From Chrysomallon squamiferum (taxonomy: Eukaryota; Animalia; Mollusca): a stretch of DNA of 64,000 bases. Below the pieces are notes generated by a model that saw only the letters and a program-made list of their open reading frames with translations, was not told the DNA's origin and made no database searches. Location of the stretch: positions 26,040,001 to 26,104,000 of the forward strand of contig CM022679.1 of assembly GCA_012295275.1 (NCBI GenBank), written 5' to 3'. Of the stretch, positions 44,801 to 59,269 are shown piece after piece (the stretch's first letter is position 1; every line of letters begins with the position of its first letter). A program made the position numbers and the translations under genes.

Positions 44801-44873
<73 letters not shown>
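44220..44873. promoter_or_regulatory. CpG island with E-box, YY1/Pho and COE motifs plus (GA)35
   Basis: CACGTG x3 (44365, 44459, 44483), GCCAT x5, TTCCCATGGGAA (44733-44744), (GA)n at 44804-44873. Confidence 0.5.
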
Positions 44874-44877
<4 letters not shown>

Positions 44878-46729
44878 AACCAGAAAAAAGAACATAGAAA
44901 TTTGCGAGTAGCGTTGTCTCCCTTTATACATTAATTACGTCTAGAAACGGTCTGCGAAACCAACAAACACAACAACAACAACAACAACAATAATAATAAT
45001 AACAAAGAACACCTAAACCTAAGGAAAATGAAACATTTCGTATTGATTTTATTTAAATTAAATTACTTAGTAAAATATTTATATTTGGAATAATTAAAAT
45101 GATGAAGTTTAAAATAATAGCAACAAAAACCAAAACGGCAGGACCAACAATAACAACAACAACAACAACAACAGTAACCACGTAGCTCTAGCACTAGCAA
45201 TAATAATAGTAGTATCGGTAATAATAGTCCTTACAGCAATGACAGCAGCAGTAGCAGCAGCAGCAACAACATCAGTAGCATTTATGGAGGCTATACTAGC
45301 AATAATAGAAGATATTTTTTGTTATAACGTAAGCAGCGGTAGTTGTAGATTCATAGGTAGTAGTAGTAGTATCAGTAATAGCAGAAGGAGCAGGAAGACA
45401 GTAACATCATCATCATACGCAGCAGCATCAACAACAACAACAACAGTGGTAGTAGTATTAATAACAAAGAAGAATTCGATCCTGAACCTTACTGATTTTG
45501 TTTTATCTGAACAGATTGTTCATCATCAAGTTGACTCCATGTAGACTCTTTTGTCTTGTCCATAAAATAAAATAAAAAATTGGAAAATAAAAGAAAGAAG
45601 ATGAATTTGAACCATTAAAACCAATTTATATTATTTAGTCATCCTGAAAAACAATGCCACCAAGCATATTATTTAATGCAGGATATACTCAACAACATCT
45701 AATTTTATCCGCTGCTTCACTGGTCATCAGAAATAATTATTTCAAATCTTGACAGTATTGAAAAATATACGGCCATGGTCAGCTAGAAGGTTTAAGGGGT
45801 TATCTCCCATTAACTGTACCTTGATCGTTTTGGTTATTATCTTGGCAATAAATTATATTTAAATGTTATTTATAAACATTTGTGTTTTTAGGAGGCTTAG
45901 TATGTTTAATATTTTTATGCAAATGATCTCTTTCGTTTAAAATGTTGTTGAAGATTGTAGTTAATGTTGTCATCGAAAAGTAGTTTTGATGATGTCAAAG
46001 TTTAATCATATAATATTGTAAATATATGAGTAAACATAAATTCCTAGTCTTTTATTGGAAACCTTAGATCAGATCAAGACAATTTGACAAATTCCCTTCA
46101 TTATCATGTAGAAATAAATGTATGATTCATAACAGTACATAATTATATTAATTATATAATCAAATTTTGCATTTTAATAAAATTATTTTCTTGATTTAAT
46201 GCCTAAAGCAGAGGTTATACTTACAAGATACATATGTATTTATATATAATATACACTCATGTACGCACACACACGCATACTGTATACCTATGAGGCCCTT
46301 GCTAGGCATTTTGTAAACGGTCGAAGAAAAGAGATGACGATAAAACAACTGATAGTCTAAGACAATTTCCTTATCAGCCTGAAGAGAGGTTTAACCTCGT
46401 TCTGGCAACTGTTGTCTATTACACTTCCTGTTTGTTTATTTTGTTTGTTCTATGAAATAATTAGGGGTTTGTAGTCGGATATGCAAATAATGTTAATGGT
46501 TATTATGTTGTTATAATAAAATTATTTGTTTTCATGATTATTATATTTATATATTAAGTTGTTTTCTTTTTAATAGTTATTTTATTTATTAATTTCATTA
46601 ATGGAGTATTCTCTATCTAATTCAATATATTCAAATAAATTATGTTTTATATTTAACTCCTGTTTTTAAATTGTATTTGAAGCTTATTCTTGAAGAAGTT
46701 TTCAGTTAATATATCATGCTACTACCACT

Positions 46730-46797
<68 letters not shown>

Positions 46798-47712
46798 TAA
46801 TAATAATAAGAGGATAATGAAGATGATAATAATAATAACAGTGCTGATGTTGATGATAATGATGTGGATAATAAAATATTTATGAATATTTTTCAACTGA
46901 GATACACTAAATTATTAAGTGACCATCAGAAAGAAAAATCAATTTCACCTCAAAATATTGCTTTAAAATTGTTTTAAAACGAATTCTCTTTTAAAGAAAA
47001 ACAACAGTTTTATTTCTATATTAATAATTCCATTCGCAATTTATTTTCACTTTAGCATTCTTGTTTATAGATCCAATATATATATATATATGTGTGTTAA
47101 AAACATCATTACTAATTTATTGTTAATATGGGTAAATGTTTTATTTTCAAAAGCAGTAAACTGCGATCTTGTTACGCGAATTAAGATTATAATAATATTT
47201 TGAGTTTATTATTGAAACAAACAGTAACATAACGTACAAAGTTTAAAAGCCAATCACAGGGAGGGTAATAACAGTAACAAGTGCAAAAGAAAACATATTT
47301 AACGTAATTTGACTTTCAGCACATGCTAAATGTACACAACAGATTTCATCAGTTTACTGTTCCGTGTAAACACATTTATAAACAATTACGTGTTGCAGGT
47401 ATAGGGTCATGTCGTTGTTATTTTTATTTGTTTATCTATTTATTTTATTTTGTATTTCTGTTTGTTTGTTTGTTTGTTTGTTGTTTTTTTCCCTGATAAT
47501 GGTTTTCGAATTATCTGCATAAAACGTTTTATAATGTACGCAACATTTTATCTTTCTTCAACGTTTAAAAGGCTTATCGTGGAAAGAAACCGGTTGAAAC
47601 AAAGATGTTTTGCCGATTTTCGCGCTAGCTGCAGTTAAATTGCCCAAAACATCCATCTGAAAATAAACATTGCCGTGAAGACAAGCTTCAACGCTTGCTT
47701 TCTGAGTCCGAG

Positions 47713-47797
47713 TGGGCGGAGCTGAACTTTTGTAAATGGGCGGAGCTGAAATTCCAAAGGCGGTGCCCTTGGGGCGGAATTTTGTAATCCATCCGCC
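47713..47797. promoter_or_regulatory. GC-box (Sp/KLF) cluster
   Basis: TGGGCGGAGCTGAA duplicated at 47713 and 47737, plus AGGCGG, GGGGCGGAA (47771) and TCCGCC. Confidence 0.5.
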
Positions 47798-48350
47798 TTA
47801 CGCGGGAACGCCTCTTCGCTTTAAAGTTATCCGCCAGCTCTTGATAAAAGCTAATGGAAGAGCAGTTTTAATGTGTATTAAATTTGTTTCTGCTTGTGGA
47901 CTTTTATTTCTCTGAAAAACACCGCAAGCCAAGTTGTAGTTTAAATTACCGCTGTAAACAATGCTTTGCGTTATGCAGGCTGGCATTGAAATTAGAGCAC
48001 AAACAAAAACTGTTATGAAAGAAATACATTAATTACACATCCTTTTTTTTTTTTTTTTTTTTTAATTCTTTGAATATCCAGTATTTCCAGAAGGTTGATA
48101 TAATTGCTTGTAATCATCCTCGATACAAGAATTTTTAATCTCAGTATTTTTTTTTTTTTTTAATCTTTCCAAAGTTTAATTTATTATTAAGTTCAGATAT
48201 GGATGGTTTAGGAGACAAAAGCAGTTACATTAACTGTGTAGTAGTTGTTGTGTCTGTAGCATTTTGTGTATCTTGGAAATTAATACTGGCGAATTTCCAT
48301 TTTCCTGTCTATTTATTTAGTTTAAAACTCCATCTATCTGCCTACATATA

Positions 48351-48452
<102 letters not shown>

Positions 48453-49127
48453 CCACTCACTCACACACAAATATATATTTTTTAAAATATAAATCACTAA
48501 CTATATTTTGTTTCGTTTAGTGAAACCGGTGTCATAAATATTCGTTGGCCTCTGTCTAAAACAAACGCAACACATTCTCCAAGCTTCGACCCAAACGTTT
48601 CATTATCCTTGTTAGATTAAAATCTGTACTGTGACATTGCTGTCGATTTCAGATGAAATGTACATTTTCTGTAATGTACAGCTAGCACTTCAGCTGTTGC
48701 CGATGAAACTTACACCGTACAGATATAAAAAAAAAAAAAAAAAAAAAATAAAAACCCCAGACAGCTGCCAAGCATTGCTGGTGATTATTTTGTTAATAAA
48801 TATGTTTTTTATCGCGGACATTAAAAATGGCGGCGCTCAATGCAATACACACGGTTTCCGATAATCCTTTGGGACGGGTCTTTTATGTATGTTTTACTGC
48901 GAAATGAATATGCTGAAACAAGTATGAAATATAATAAGTTTACCGAGCTGACAAAACTCAACATTCATTGCATCTTTATGCCCAAAACTTTTTTTTTTTT
49001 TTTTTTATCCGAAATTTTTTTTTTTTTTTTTTTCAATTTTGAGAAAAGAAAAAGAAAATAATAAAGAAAATAACACCTTTTTTCTATTCTTTTTTTTTTT
49101 TTTTTTTTAAATTGTTAAATAGAAAGG

Positions 49128-49159
<32 letters not shown>

Positions 49160-49271
49160 GGGTTTTTTTGGGAAAAAGATTGAATCTACAAGTATTTTTT
49201 CTAAACTTGTTATTGTATTATTTTAATCTTTTTACCAAAGTTTTGAAGTTTTTTTTTTTTGGTAATTTTAA

Positions 49272-49324
<53 letters not shown>

Positions 49325-51835
49325 TTTTTATTATTATTAATTTTTTTATTTCGCTAGTAGATTTGAAACTGATCTTTCAGAAGATATTTGATAATAAAAA
49401 TAATATATCTTTATCAGCTTGTCAAACACACTTTTATATTTTAAAAAAAGAAGAAGAAGAAGAAGAAGAAGTAGAAAAAGAAAAAGGAAAACAAAGGATT
49501 TCTGTAACTTGGAAAAAAGATAAAAAATTACCACAAAAACACATGATTTTATTTCAGACAGAATTTTAAATATTAAGTAACTGAATGAGGTGGATTTATA
49601 ATCTGCATCATTTCATCTTTGTCATCTTAATCACAATCATCATCCCTTTGCTGCTGTTACTGATGCCTTTGTTGCTATAGTAGTAGTAGTAGTAGTAGTA
49701 GTAGCAGTAATAATAATAATAGTGACAATAATAATAATAATAATAATAATTTTTCATTTCATCATCATCTTCTTCTTCTTCTTCTTCTTCTTGTTATTAT
49801 TATTATTTATGTCCACAACTTACCGCGCGACCAACACACACGCATTCACGCACACACACACACACACACACACACGCATACCCCAATATCTCTCACGCGT
49901 CATTTCGATTTCAGAATTATTTTCTGATACCACAAATCACAATAAATATAAATATCACCTATTGAAGCTTGTTTAACTGAACACGTTGGTTGTCATGCAG
50001 TTCACCTACCATTACAGTTTCACGTGAATGCGTGATCTCTGAATGCTGATTGTTTCCTGGCCACTCTCTGTATAACACAACTATTTGCCTTTGTCTGTCA
50101 GCGGTTCGTTAATACAGTACCGTTTATTCCGAAATACATTTCTCCACCAGTTATGCAACAGTTGTTGTAATGTCAACAGATTAGCAACATTTATTAAATA
50201 ATTCACGTTTTGTATTTTTCCCTCTTTCATACTGTCTCTTTTATGATTATTATTATTATTATTATTATTATTTTTTTTTATGATGAAAATTATTATCTGT
50301 ACCAAAGGATGAACATATATGCTTCAGTAAATTTGCAATTCTGATAAAACGTATATATATATTTTTTTTTTTTTTTGTTATAAATGCATAAGCACGTGTG
50401 TATGTGAGTGTGTATGTGTGTGTGTCTGTGCGTGTCTGTGTGTATGTATGTATATACGTATATAGTTAGGTATGTATGTGTGCATGTTTATTTTTTGTAT
50501 GTATGTATGTATGTATGTTTATACGTATATATGTGTTAATATGTGTATTGTATATGTATGTATGTGTGTGTGTATGTGTGTGTGTAAGTACGTATGTTTA
50601 TATATGTATGTATCTGTATATCAGAACCTTTAAACAAATTTCATACGCAATAAAATTACAACTTATTTTAATATTATCTGTTCGCTTCAGGTTACAATAA
50701 GTTACATTTTAAAAACAACGTAGTCACGCAATCCTGATCTTAAATTGACATAAACTGCAATATGTTTACCATTAAACTACGCGTTTGTATATCTATGATT
50801 GTTTATATGTCTATATAATAAAACAAAAGACAGACATACACACAGACACACAAACACACACACACAGACATATTTTATTTTGTTCCTAATTGATAATCAC
50901 TCGCAACCAAACAATATTATAGCTGTACATTTTCATTGTTAAACGTTTTGCCTTTGTATTTAAAAACGACATCATATTACAGTTTTTGTCTTCAATCCCA
51001 TTTGACCCAAGCTTGTACAGAAATACGATTTTGAAAAGAGATAACGTCGCTATAGTTTACATCTGAGTGGGATTAGATATTTGTGTGAACTCTGTGGATA
51101 AAGATCAGTTGATTAAGCAAGATACTGAAAATACAGACAGTTGTTTGTAAGGTAATAAATGGGAATATGTCATTTGAATTACGTACGTTTGTTTAAGAAT
51201 TCTAATTACAGGAGAGAAAAAAAAACATTAAATATATTTTGTTGACATCATTTAGTTTGTTTTTATATCTTAGGCTTTATTATATTTTTTATGGTGATTA
51301 TTTATTTATTTATATATTTATTTATTTATTTATATTAAATAAATAAGTAAATAAATAAATATATGTGTAACTAAGTAAGTAAGTAAATAAATAAACAGGT
51401 AAATAAGTAAGTAAAAAATATTCATGTGTCAAAGATTTTATTACCTTATAATTTTGTGATGTAATATTTACTTACTTTATTTTTAGTTTCATTCCTCAAA
51501 ATACACATTCCGTTTTTCTTTCTTTTCTTTTCTTTTCTTTTCTTTTCTTTCTTTCTTACTTTTTATTTTTTTTTTAAGAAATCCAATTATTTGTTACTGA
51601 CTTTAAAAATAACCGCTATTTTTTATTTTCTATTTTTTATTTTTTATTTTTTTTTTTTGGCATTGATTACATTTTTACCAAAAATGCGTGCAGAATGCTA
51701 AATGTAAATTGCCGAAATCGGGCTGAAAAACGAACTCTCTTTAATTTTGGTAAAATAAGCCATCCAGACAACATCTTCACAAATGTTTCTTTTTACGCGA
51801 AGAAAGAAAGAAAAAAAAGAAAAGAAAGATAATAG

Positions 51836-51914
<79 letters not shown>
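51836..51914. repeat. 79-nt pure poly(A) tract
   Basis: Directly visible; abuts the CpG island at about 51940. Confidence 0.95.
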
Positions 51915-51918
<4 letters not shown>

Positions 51919-51939
51919 ATAAAAATCTGGTATGGAATT

Positions 51940-52460
51940 AATCTCAGAACCCGTGAACCGTGCGTTATTCCCGCCATCCCAGGGGTCGCGTGCGGACTGC
52001 GCGCGCGCTCGCGCTAGCCTCGAATCCATTTCGCCAGGGACGGGCCTTGATTACTTCGCCATTTCGAACTGTCGTTTAATTTCCTCTTCGTGCGTCTTGC
52101 AGTTTTCTAACGCGCCGCTTTGACTCGCGCATGAAACTCCCTCCTTTCGAAGATGTTAACCCGCGAGCTGGCCGTCGAGTTCGGGGGAGAAAAATAATGC
52201 AATTTTTCAGTTCACTAATCCAAGACGCAGACGGGCCACTGTTAGCGAAATGAACATCATATTATTCGAGCGGCTGAAGTCCTCCCCCCCCACACACACA
52301 CCCACCCACCCACCACCCATCCATCCATCCCCGGCTATATATGCCGAGATCGACAACTCACGGAAGACTAAGCGTAATTAAAGCGAATAAAACTTTATTA
52401 ATGATATCTGCATGCTAATTATTTCGTCAAATGAAAGTTCCCCATGCATTGCGACCAGTA
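51940..52460. promoter_or_regulatory. CpG island, candidate promoter/enhancer
   Basis: Among the most GC-rich non-coding stretches; (GC)n run, CGCCATTT, TCGCGCATGA Pax-like site at 52125, TATATA at about 52336. Confidence 0.45.
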
Positions 52461-52598
52461 GCACCAATCTGGAGAATGAAATGAAATGGAAAAATAGATT
52501 GATTTCTGCTCACTTTTCACTCACTCAGTGCTGAGCCGGCACGTTGATGGGCCACTGTTTTAACATACCCAGATTTTGATGATGAATTTTTTTTTTCT

Positions 52599-52661
<63 letters not shown>

Positions 52662-52810
52662 CCTTGTTTACATAGCTCTGTGGTTTTTCACTTGTTTTTT
52701 TGGATATAATTATATTTACAGACGTCATTTGATAATATTTAATGGCGTACAAATTCGTTGAAGTTTTCGATGAAGTTGCACATTTTGTGTTAGTGGTATT
52801 TGAAACTTTT

Positions 52811-52823
52811 TGACCTTTGACCT
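52811..52823 (-). promoter_or_regulatory. Perfect DR1 nuclear-receptor element (AGGTCA-A-AGGTCA on minus)
   Basis: TGACCTTTGACCT on the + strand. Confidence 0.4.
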
Positions 52824-55578
52824 GTCTTTTTTTTCATTTCGTAAACAGTTATTATGTAACCTCAGTCAGTTTTGTTTACATTTATCAGTTCTTGATGTTA
52901 ATTCAAGATCTTAATTTATATCGTTAATATTGATAACATGGATCTTTTACTTGTTTTGTTTTCTTTATTGACATTACAGAATGTACACATTTAATTGACT
53001 TTTTTTTTTCTTATTTTGGCTTTTTGTAAAATTCTCGATATGCTTATTATTTAGTTTTTAATTCATTCATGCGATGTTTTTTTTTCATATTATCAACTTT
53101 TTTTTTTTTTTATCAATTATAGCGAAAAGCATTTCCTTAATTTTATTTATGTTGTCATGTTTAGTTTTTAAGTTACTTTATCATAGTCTTTATTCATTAA
53201 CATACGTCATGTTTTGTTTTTTTATTCATTTACAATATTTACTTTATGTTATGCATGTTTTGGTCTCATTTCCTCATCGTTATTATTTTTTATTCATGTT
53301 GTTCATCGACGTTATAGACAAATATAAAAATATTTTTGTCTTTTTCGTTCTTAACTTTTTACTACCATTTGAACGATCTTTTGACTATTACAACTAAAAA
53401 TATCAGAAGTATATAGTCATATTTATACAACCAACACCGTCCTTAAAAAAATAAAATAATAATAATAAAAAAAACTCAACAAAACAACCCCCCAAAAAGT
53501 CACCTGCCTAGATTACTTAAATTATAAATATGCTTTATTCATCTCATTTCGATTCAGTTTAATTTAGTTCAATTCAGTTTTAGTTCTGGTGTATGCTTGT
53601 CTTGTTTAATTAAACTTTAAATAAATATAAATATTAAATATCGCAGGTAAATTGTGAAAAATAATGTACTCAATATAAAACAAAAAATAAAATAAAATAA
53701 AATAAAATAAAATAAAATAAATGAATAATTAAATAAATAATAAAATAAAATAAAAACGTATAGTAAAATTAAACAAATAACCAATAAAAATAGAAAAAAA
53801 AATAATAAAGAAAATCAAACTAAAGAAACAAAAATCATAAAAAAAAAAAAAAAATAAAAATAAATAAAAAAAATACAAAAACAATAAAAATCAAAATAAT
53901 TAAAAATAGAACAAAACACACAGCAGATACCGTTTCCAATCTCGGACTTGCCGAATATATTCGAGCTCTTAACACGTATGTTTTTTTTGTTTCGCCAACA
54001 AATCCTATTTAATTATAAACGAAAACAGATCATTCTTGATACGGAATACACATCATCTTTAATACCTCTTCTCCATCTATCACTAACTCAGGGATTAAAC
54101 CCCCGAGTTGGGTCGCAATGCAGCTGACGCAAATACGTCATTTGGTTTTGCGTGATGTATTATGCTTTAAATTGACACCAATGTCCGCCCTAATTAATTG
54201 AAAGCATTTCACTGAAGTAGGTTCTCTACTTCAATTTCGGTCTTGTGTCGCCGGAGTTTTATGAAGGTTGATGGCACTTTGATATTCCAATAAAAAATAA
54301 AATAAAATAAAACACACACACACACAGAGAGAGAGAGAGAAAAAGACCGTCGATTGGTCCGTGAAAGCATCAAGAAATTTCGCCCGAAGCAGTAAACGAG
54401 TCAGCCCTTGACGGACAAAGATTGCGCGTGTTTGTACGGAAGTGAAGCGAAAGCTAAAGTGGGTCTTGCAATGCTCTTGGGGTTTTGCTCAATTTTGCTG
54501 AGATTGTTTTTATATTTACGAAGATAAAAGGAATAAAAATAAAGGCTGATACTGGGGAACTCGTGTAATAACGATCAAGACTTGTTATTGTCGCTGAGAG
54601 AAAGAGAGAGAGAGACAGAGAGAGACAGAGAGACAGAGAGAGGGACACAGACACACAAAGATAGAAATGAAAGGTTAAAAATGAAAGAGGAGATGGAATT
54701 CAGGAAAAGACAAACTGTTAAAAATGAAACGAAAGAAGATTAAACGAGAATAAGATTTGATATAAAATGGGAATTTTGTTAAAGAAATTAAAAAAGAAAG
54801 AGGTTAATGAAACTAACGACCACTGCTACAGCTTCTACTACTACTACTACTACTACTATCACGACTGTTTCTACCGTCACTACAACTATTACAACTACTA
54901 CTACTACTACTACAGATGACGATGACGAAGATTATAACAACAACAATAATAATGACAATTACAACAAGAGCATCAACAAGAGCACACAATGATAACAACA
55001 ACAGCAGCAGCAGCAGCAGCTACAGCTACCATTACCATCATCACCAACACATTACGTCTAATTTGGAATTTACGATTTAATCGTCAAAGCCTGTCGATTT
55101 CGCCTAACTGTGAGGTTTAACCGTTAGTTACGGGCGACAATTAACGTCCAACGATATCACATCACCAGCGAGATATTAACACCCCGCGTGATATTAACAC
55201 CCTCTGCGCGAGACGGCCGCTGGGAATCTCAACCCCCCACCCCCACCCCCCTCCGTTTTCTAGCACTCCCGCTACTCACGATATTATCGCGCGCACATGT
55301 CAGTTTCAGGTCAATTTCAGTGGAAAAAAGAAGACGTTTTATACACTCGGAGTTTGTGACCGGAGCACTTTGCATGGCAATTTACTGTTAATTTTCATTA
55401 GAGAAGGGGAGTAAGGGGAGATGACTCCAGGGAAGATATTTATCAGATCAAAAAGCAAACATTTCTGGCGACGACATTAAATAGAGGGAATTGAAACCGA
55501 TGGGGAACTATAATAACCCGGAATTATGTTATGATGAAACACCCACTGTATTGGAAGAGAAAGCCACACTTCATTTAA

Positions 55579-55655
<77 letters not shown>

Positions 55656-55717
55656 ATATATATGTGTGTATATATATATATATATCTATATTTATCTATA
55701 TATATCTATATCATATC

Positions 55718-55752
<35 letters not shown>

Positions 55753-56454
55753 AAATAAAAATAAAAATAATTAAAAATAGAAATAAAATATGTCTGCATG
55801 TTAATTAAAAAAGAAAAAAGAAAAAAAAAAAAAAAAAAAAAAATATATAAATAATTTAACAAAATAATAAATATCATCAGCGTTAGCATCATCAATAAAT
55901 AATTTATTTTAAAAAAGAAACATTTTAAACAGATAGCAATATTTATTTATAAAAATATAAAAATACAGAAAAAAGTATCATTAACGTCATTATCATCAAC
56001 ATCGTTATTATCATCATCAAAATCATCATAATCAAAAACAGCAGCAGCAGCAACAACAACAAAACAAAAATATATAATAAATAAATAAATAATATATATA
56101 TATGTGTGTGTGTTGTGTGTGTATATATATATAATTACTAAATATTTATTTATTTATTTATTTATTTATTATATATTATATATAAAAAGTGTACAATTTT
56201 CAGAGAACGTTATGATCGCAAAATATTTATATTTTAATATTGTTCTTATCTTAATTTATTTCTGGTTTGAGTTTATTATTCGAGAAACCGGCTGTTTCCA
56301 TACAATATTTTCTAACACAACTGAATATTGAATAATAATTTACTAAAATTAATGTGAAATCATCATATTAATTACGCGCTTTGCTTTGTAGCAGATGTTC
56401 TGTGAAATTTTAACATATTATTAATTAAGAAAAAAAAAAAAAAAAAAAAAAAAA

Positions 56455-56492
<38 letters not shown>

Positions 56493-57140
56493 GAAAGAAA
56501 GAAAGAAAAAAGAAAGAAAGAAAAATTAAAGCGAACAGAAAAAAAAAAGTTTTTCCCACTCTTTTTTCTATTTCATAGTAACATATTTATTTATTTATTT
56601 ATTTATTTTATTTATTTATTTATTTGTTTATTTGTTTGTTTGTTTGTTTGTTTGTTTGTTTGTTTGTTTGTTTGTTTGCTTGTTTCCTTACCATTATTGT
56701 TGGTATTTTTGCCATTACCTTACTGCTATTGTTTTTGTTTTTGCTGCTTCTGTTGTTGTTTTTATAATTATTATTTCAGCTGTTTTCATTAATTATATTA
56801 TTTATTTGCTTTACCTTCTTACATTTGTTTATTCTCTTTTGGCCGACCTCTTTCGCTGATCATTCGTTCGTTCGGTTATTCGCTCGTTCATTCATTCGTC
56901 CGTTCATTCATTCATTCGTTCATTAATAATTCGTTCATTTTGACTTTATTTGTTTTTAATATTTTTGTTTATGAGTTTTTGTTTTTCTTTTTATTTGATT
57001 CAGTTTTCTTTTTTATGTTTTATTTTATCATTGTTATAATTTTCCCTGTTTTTGATCCCAATGTGTATATTTTCTAAAATATTATTTTGTTTTATAGTAA
57101 ATTTTGGCGCAAATTAGTGTTTTATTTTTTAAAAATGTAT

Positions 57141-57210
<70 letters not shown>

Positions 57211-58865
57211 GTTATTATATTATTATTATTATTATTATTATTTTTTAAGTCATTCTCATTAATTTCATTTTCATTAAATTATTATTAAATATTATTATTA
57301 TTATTATTATTATTTTTTATTTATTTATTTATTTAAATAAATTTGTTTAACAGATAAAAGTCACAAAAATGTTTGTTTAGTTTCGTTTATTTATAAATTT
57401 ATTCCATTATTTATTTATTTACTTTTTTATTTATTTATTTTTTTTTTATTTTTTTATTTATTTGTTTATTTATTTATTTATTTATTTATTTATTTGTGTA
57501 TTAATTAATTAATTTATTTATTTTATTTTATTTTATTTACATCAATTTAACTAAGACTAGCTTTTCAGAGGTTTTTAAAAAATACATGTATATTTTAATC
57601 TCCGTTTTTGCGGGCCCCTCTATGTCATACATTTTTGTATTTTGAACATTTTCTTTGTTTTTGTTTCTTAGTTAATCAAGTACAAGGGAGTTCCGCGGCT
57701 TTGAATGACAGTGAGTACTTTTAAAATTGTTTCCATGGTTACCAGTTTGGTTTCCGTTTGTTTGTTGCTCTAGTCTGCATGTGGTAACCTCTGTGTTGAT
57801 TTCATTTTGACGGAAGAACGATCAGATGGACAGTTTAATAACGATTTTTCTTAAGTGAAACCACAACAGTCTTTTCACACTAATAAAAACAAAAACAATA
57901 CAAAAAAAAAAAAAAAAAAAAAGAAAACAAAACAAAACAAAAAAAAAAAAAAAAAAAAAACAAAACAGAAGAAAAAAAAAAATTAAATAACAATTATGAA
58001 TCTATTAAACAACAGATATTTATTATATTTATTTATTTATTTATTTTTTTTTTTATTTTTTTATTTTCATATATTTTTTTTTTATTACTCTTGTTGCTGT
58101 TGTTGTTGTTCTGGTTATCGCCGTCTTTGTTATCTGTTGCTTGTATTATTATCTTTAATACCGTTATTGTTGTTGTTGCTGTCGTTGCTGTTTTTAATTA
58201 ATATAATTCACAGTATCATCATATCATATCATCGTCATGAACATTATATATCACATCCTCATCATCAACAACATCATCATCTTTTTTTTTTCTTTCCTGA
58301 ATTGTTTCGCAACCCGCTGTGTCATAAGTTATTTATTTTAGAATTTCACGTTCCAACAAACATTTTCACTGGCTAAATTCTTCACACCACGTTAGTCGTT
58401 GATTTAGATGTGAAATACGTTTTCCCTGTCATCCAAATATCACTTTTTGAAAACTTTTCATCTATAACAGATTTTTTTTTTTTTTTAAACTCGTAATGTC
58501 TTCGTGACCTTTTTCTTCAACGATTTTTTCAAGCTAAAGTAAATTTTTTCGCGATAAACTGCGATGTAAGTGCAGTTCTGCATAACCCTTGATTTAATGG
58601 TTAAATAAAGGTCAGATAAAAATTTCTCATAATAAACTTCAAATATTGGTGGTGTGTGCCAACAGACCGTAACAAAATAAATTAAATCCAGAATGATTTG
58701 AGGCAGAACGGGAAAAAAGGTGTTAAACAATGACAATTATGTATGTAATAGAGTGTACGGTGTGGTGTGTATCGCGTTTTTTTAAAATTTGTTTTTGTGC
58801 TTGTTTTTATTTCCGTGTGGTATAGTGATGAAGTATTATTAAATAAATAACATTATTGTTTTATA

Positions 58866-58965
<100 letters not shown>

Positions 58966-59269
58966 ACAGATTGAAAGACTGATTTAAAATAAAAAACCAT
59001 AGATGACTGAATGAGATAGGCAGACAGATAAGTAGATAAATAGACATATATATATATATATATACTGAAAGCTGATATAGATAGATTAAAAAATAGACTG
59101 ATATACTCAGGATATATCCAGATATACAGACACACAGATCACTCTCTGCTTGATGAGATAACAGATTAGTGACACACAGATTAATAGGACAGAAAAACAA
59201 TTTGAAATTTAGATAGGCAGATAACTAGATAGATAGATTAGGTAGGTAGATAGGTACGTGCACATATAC

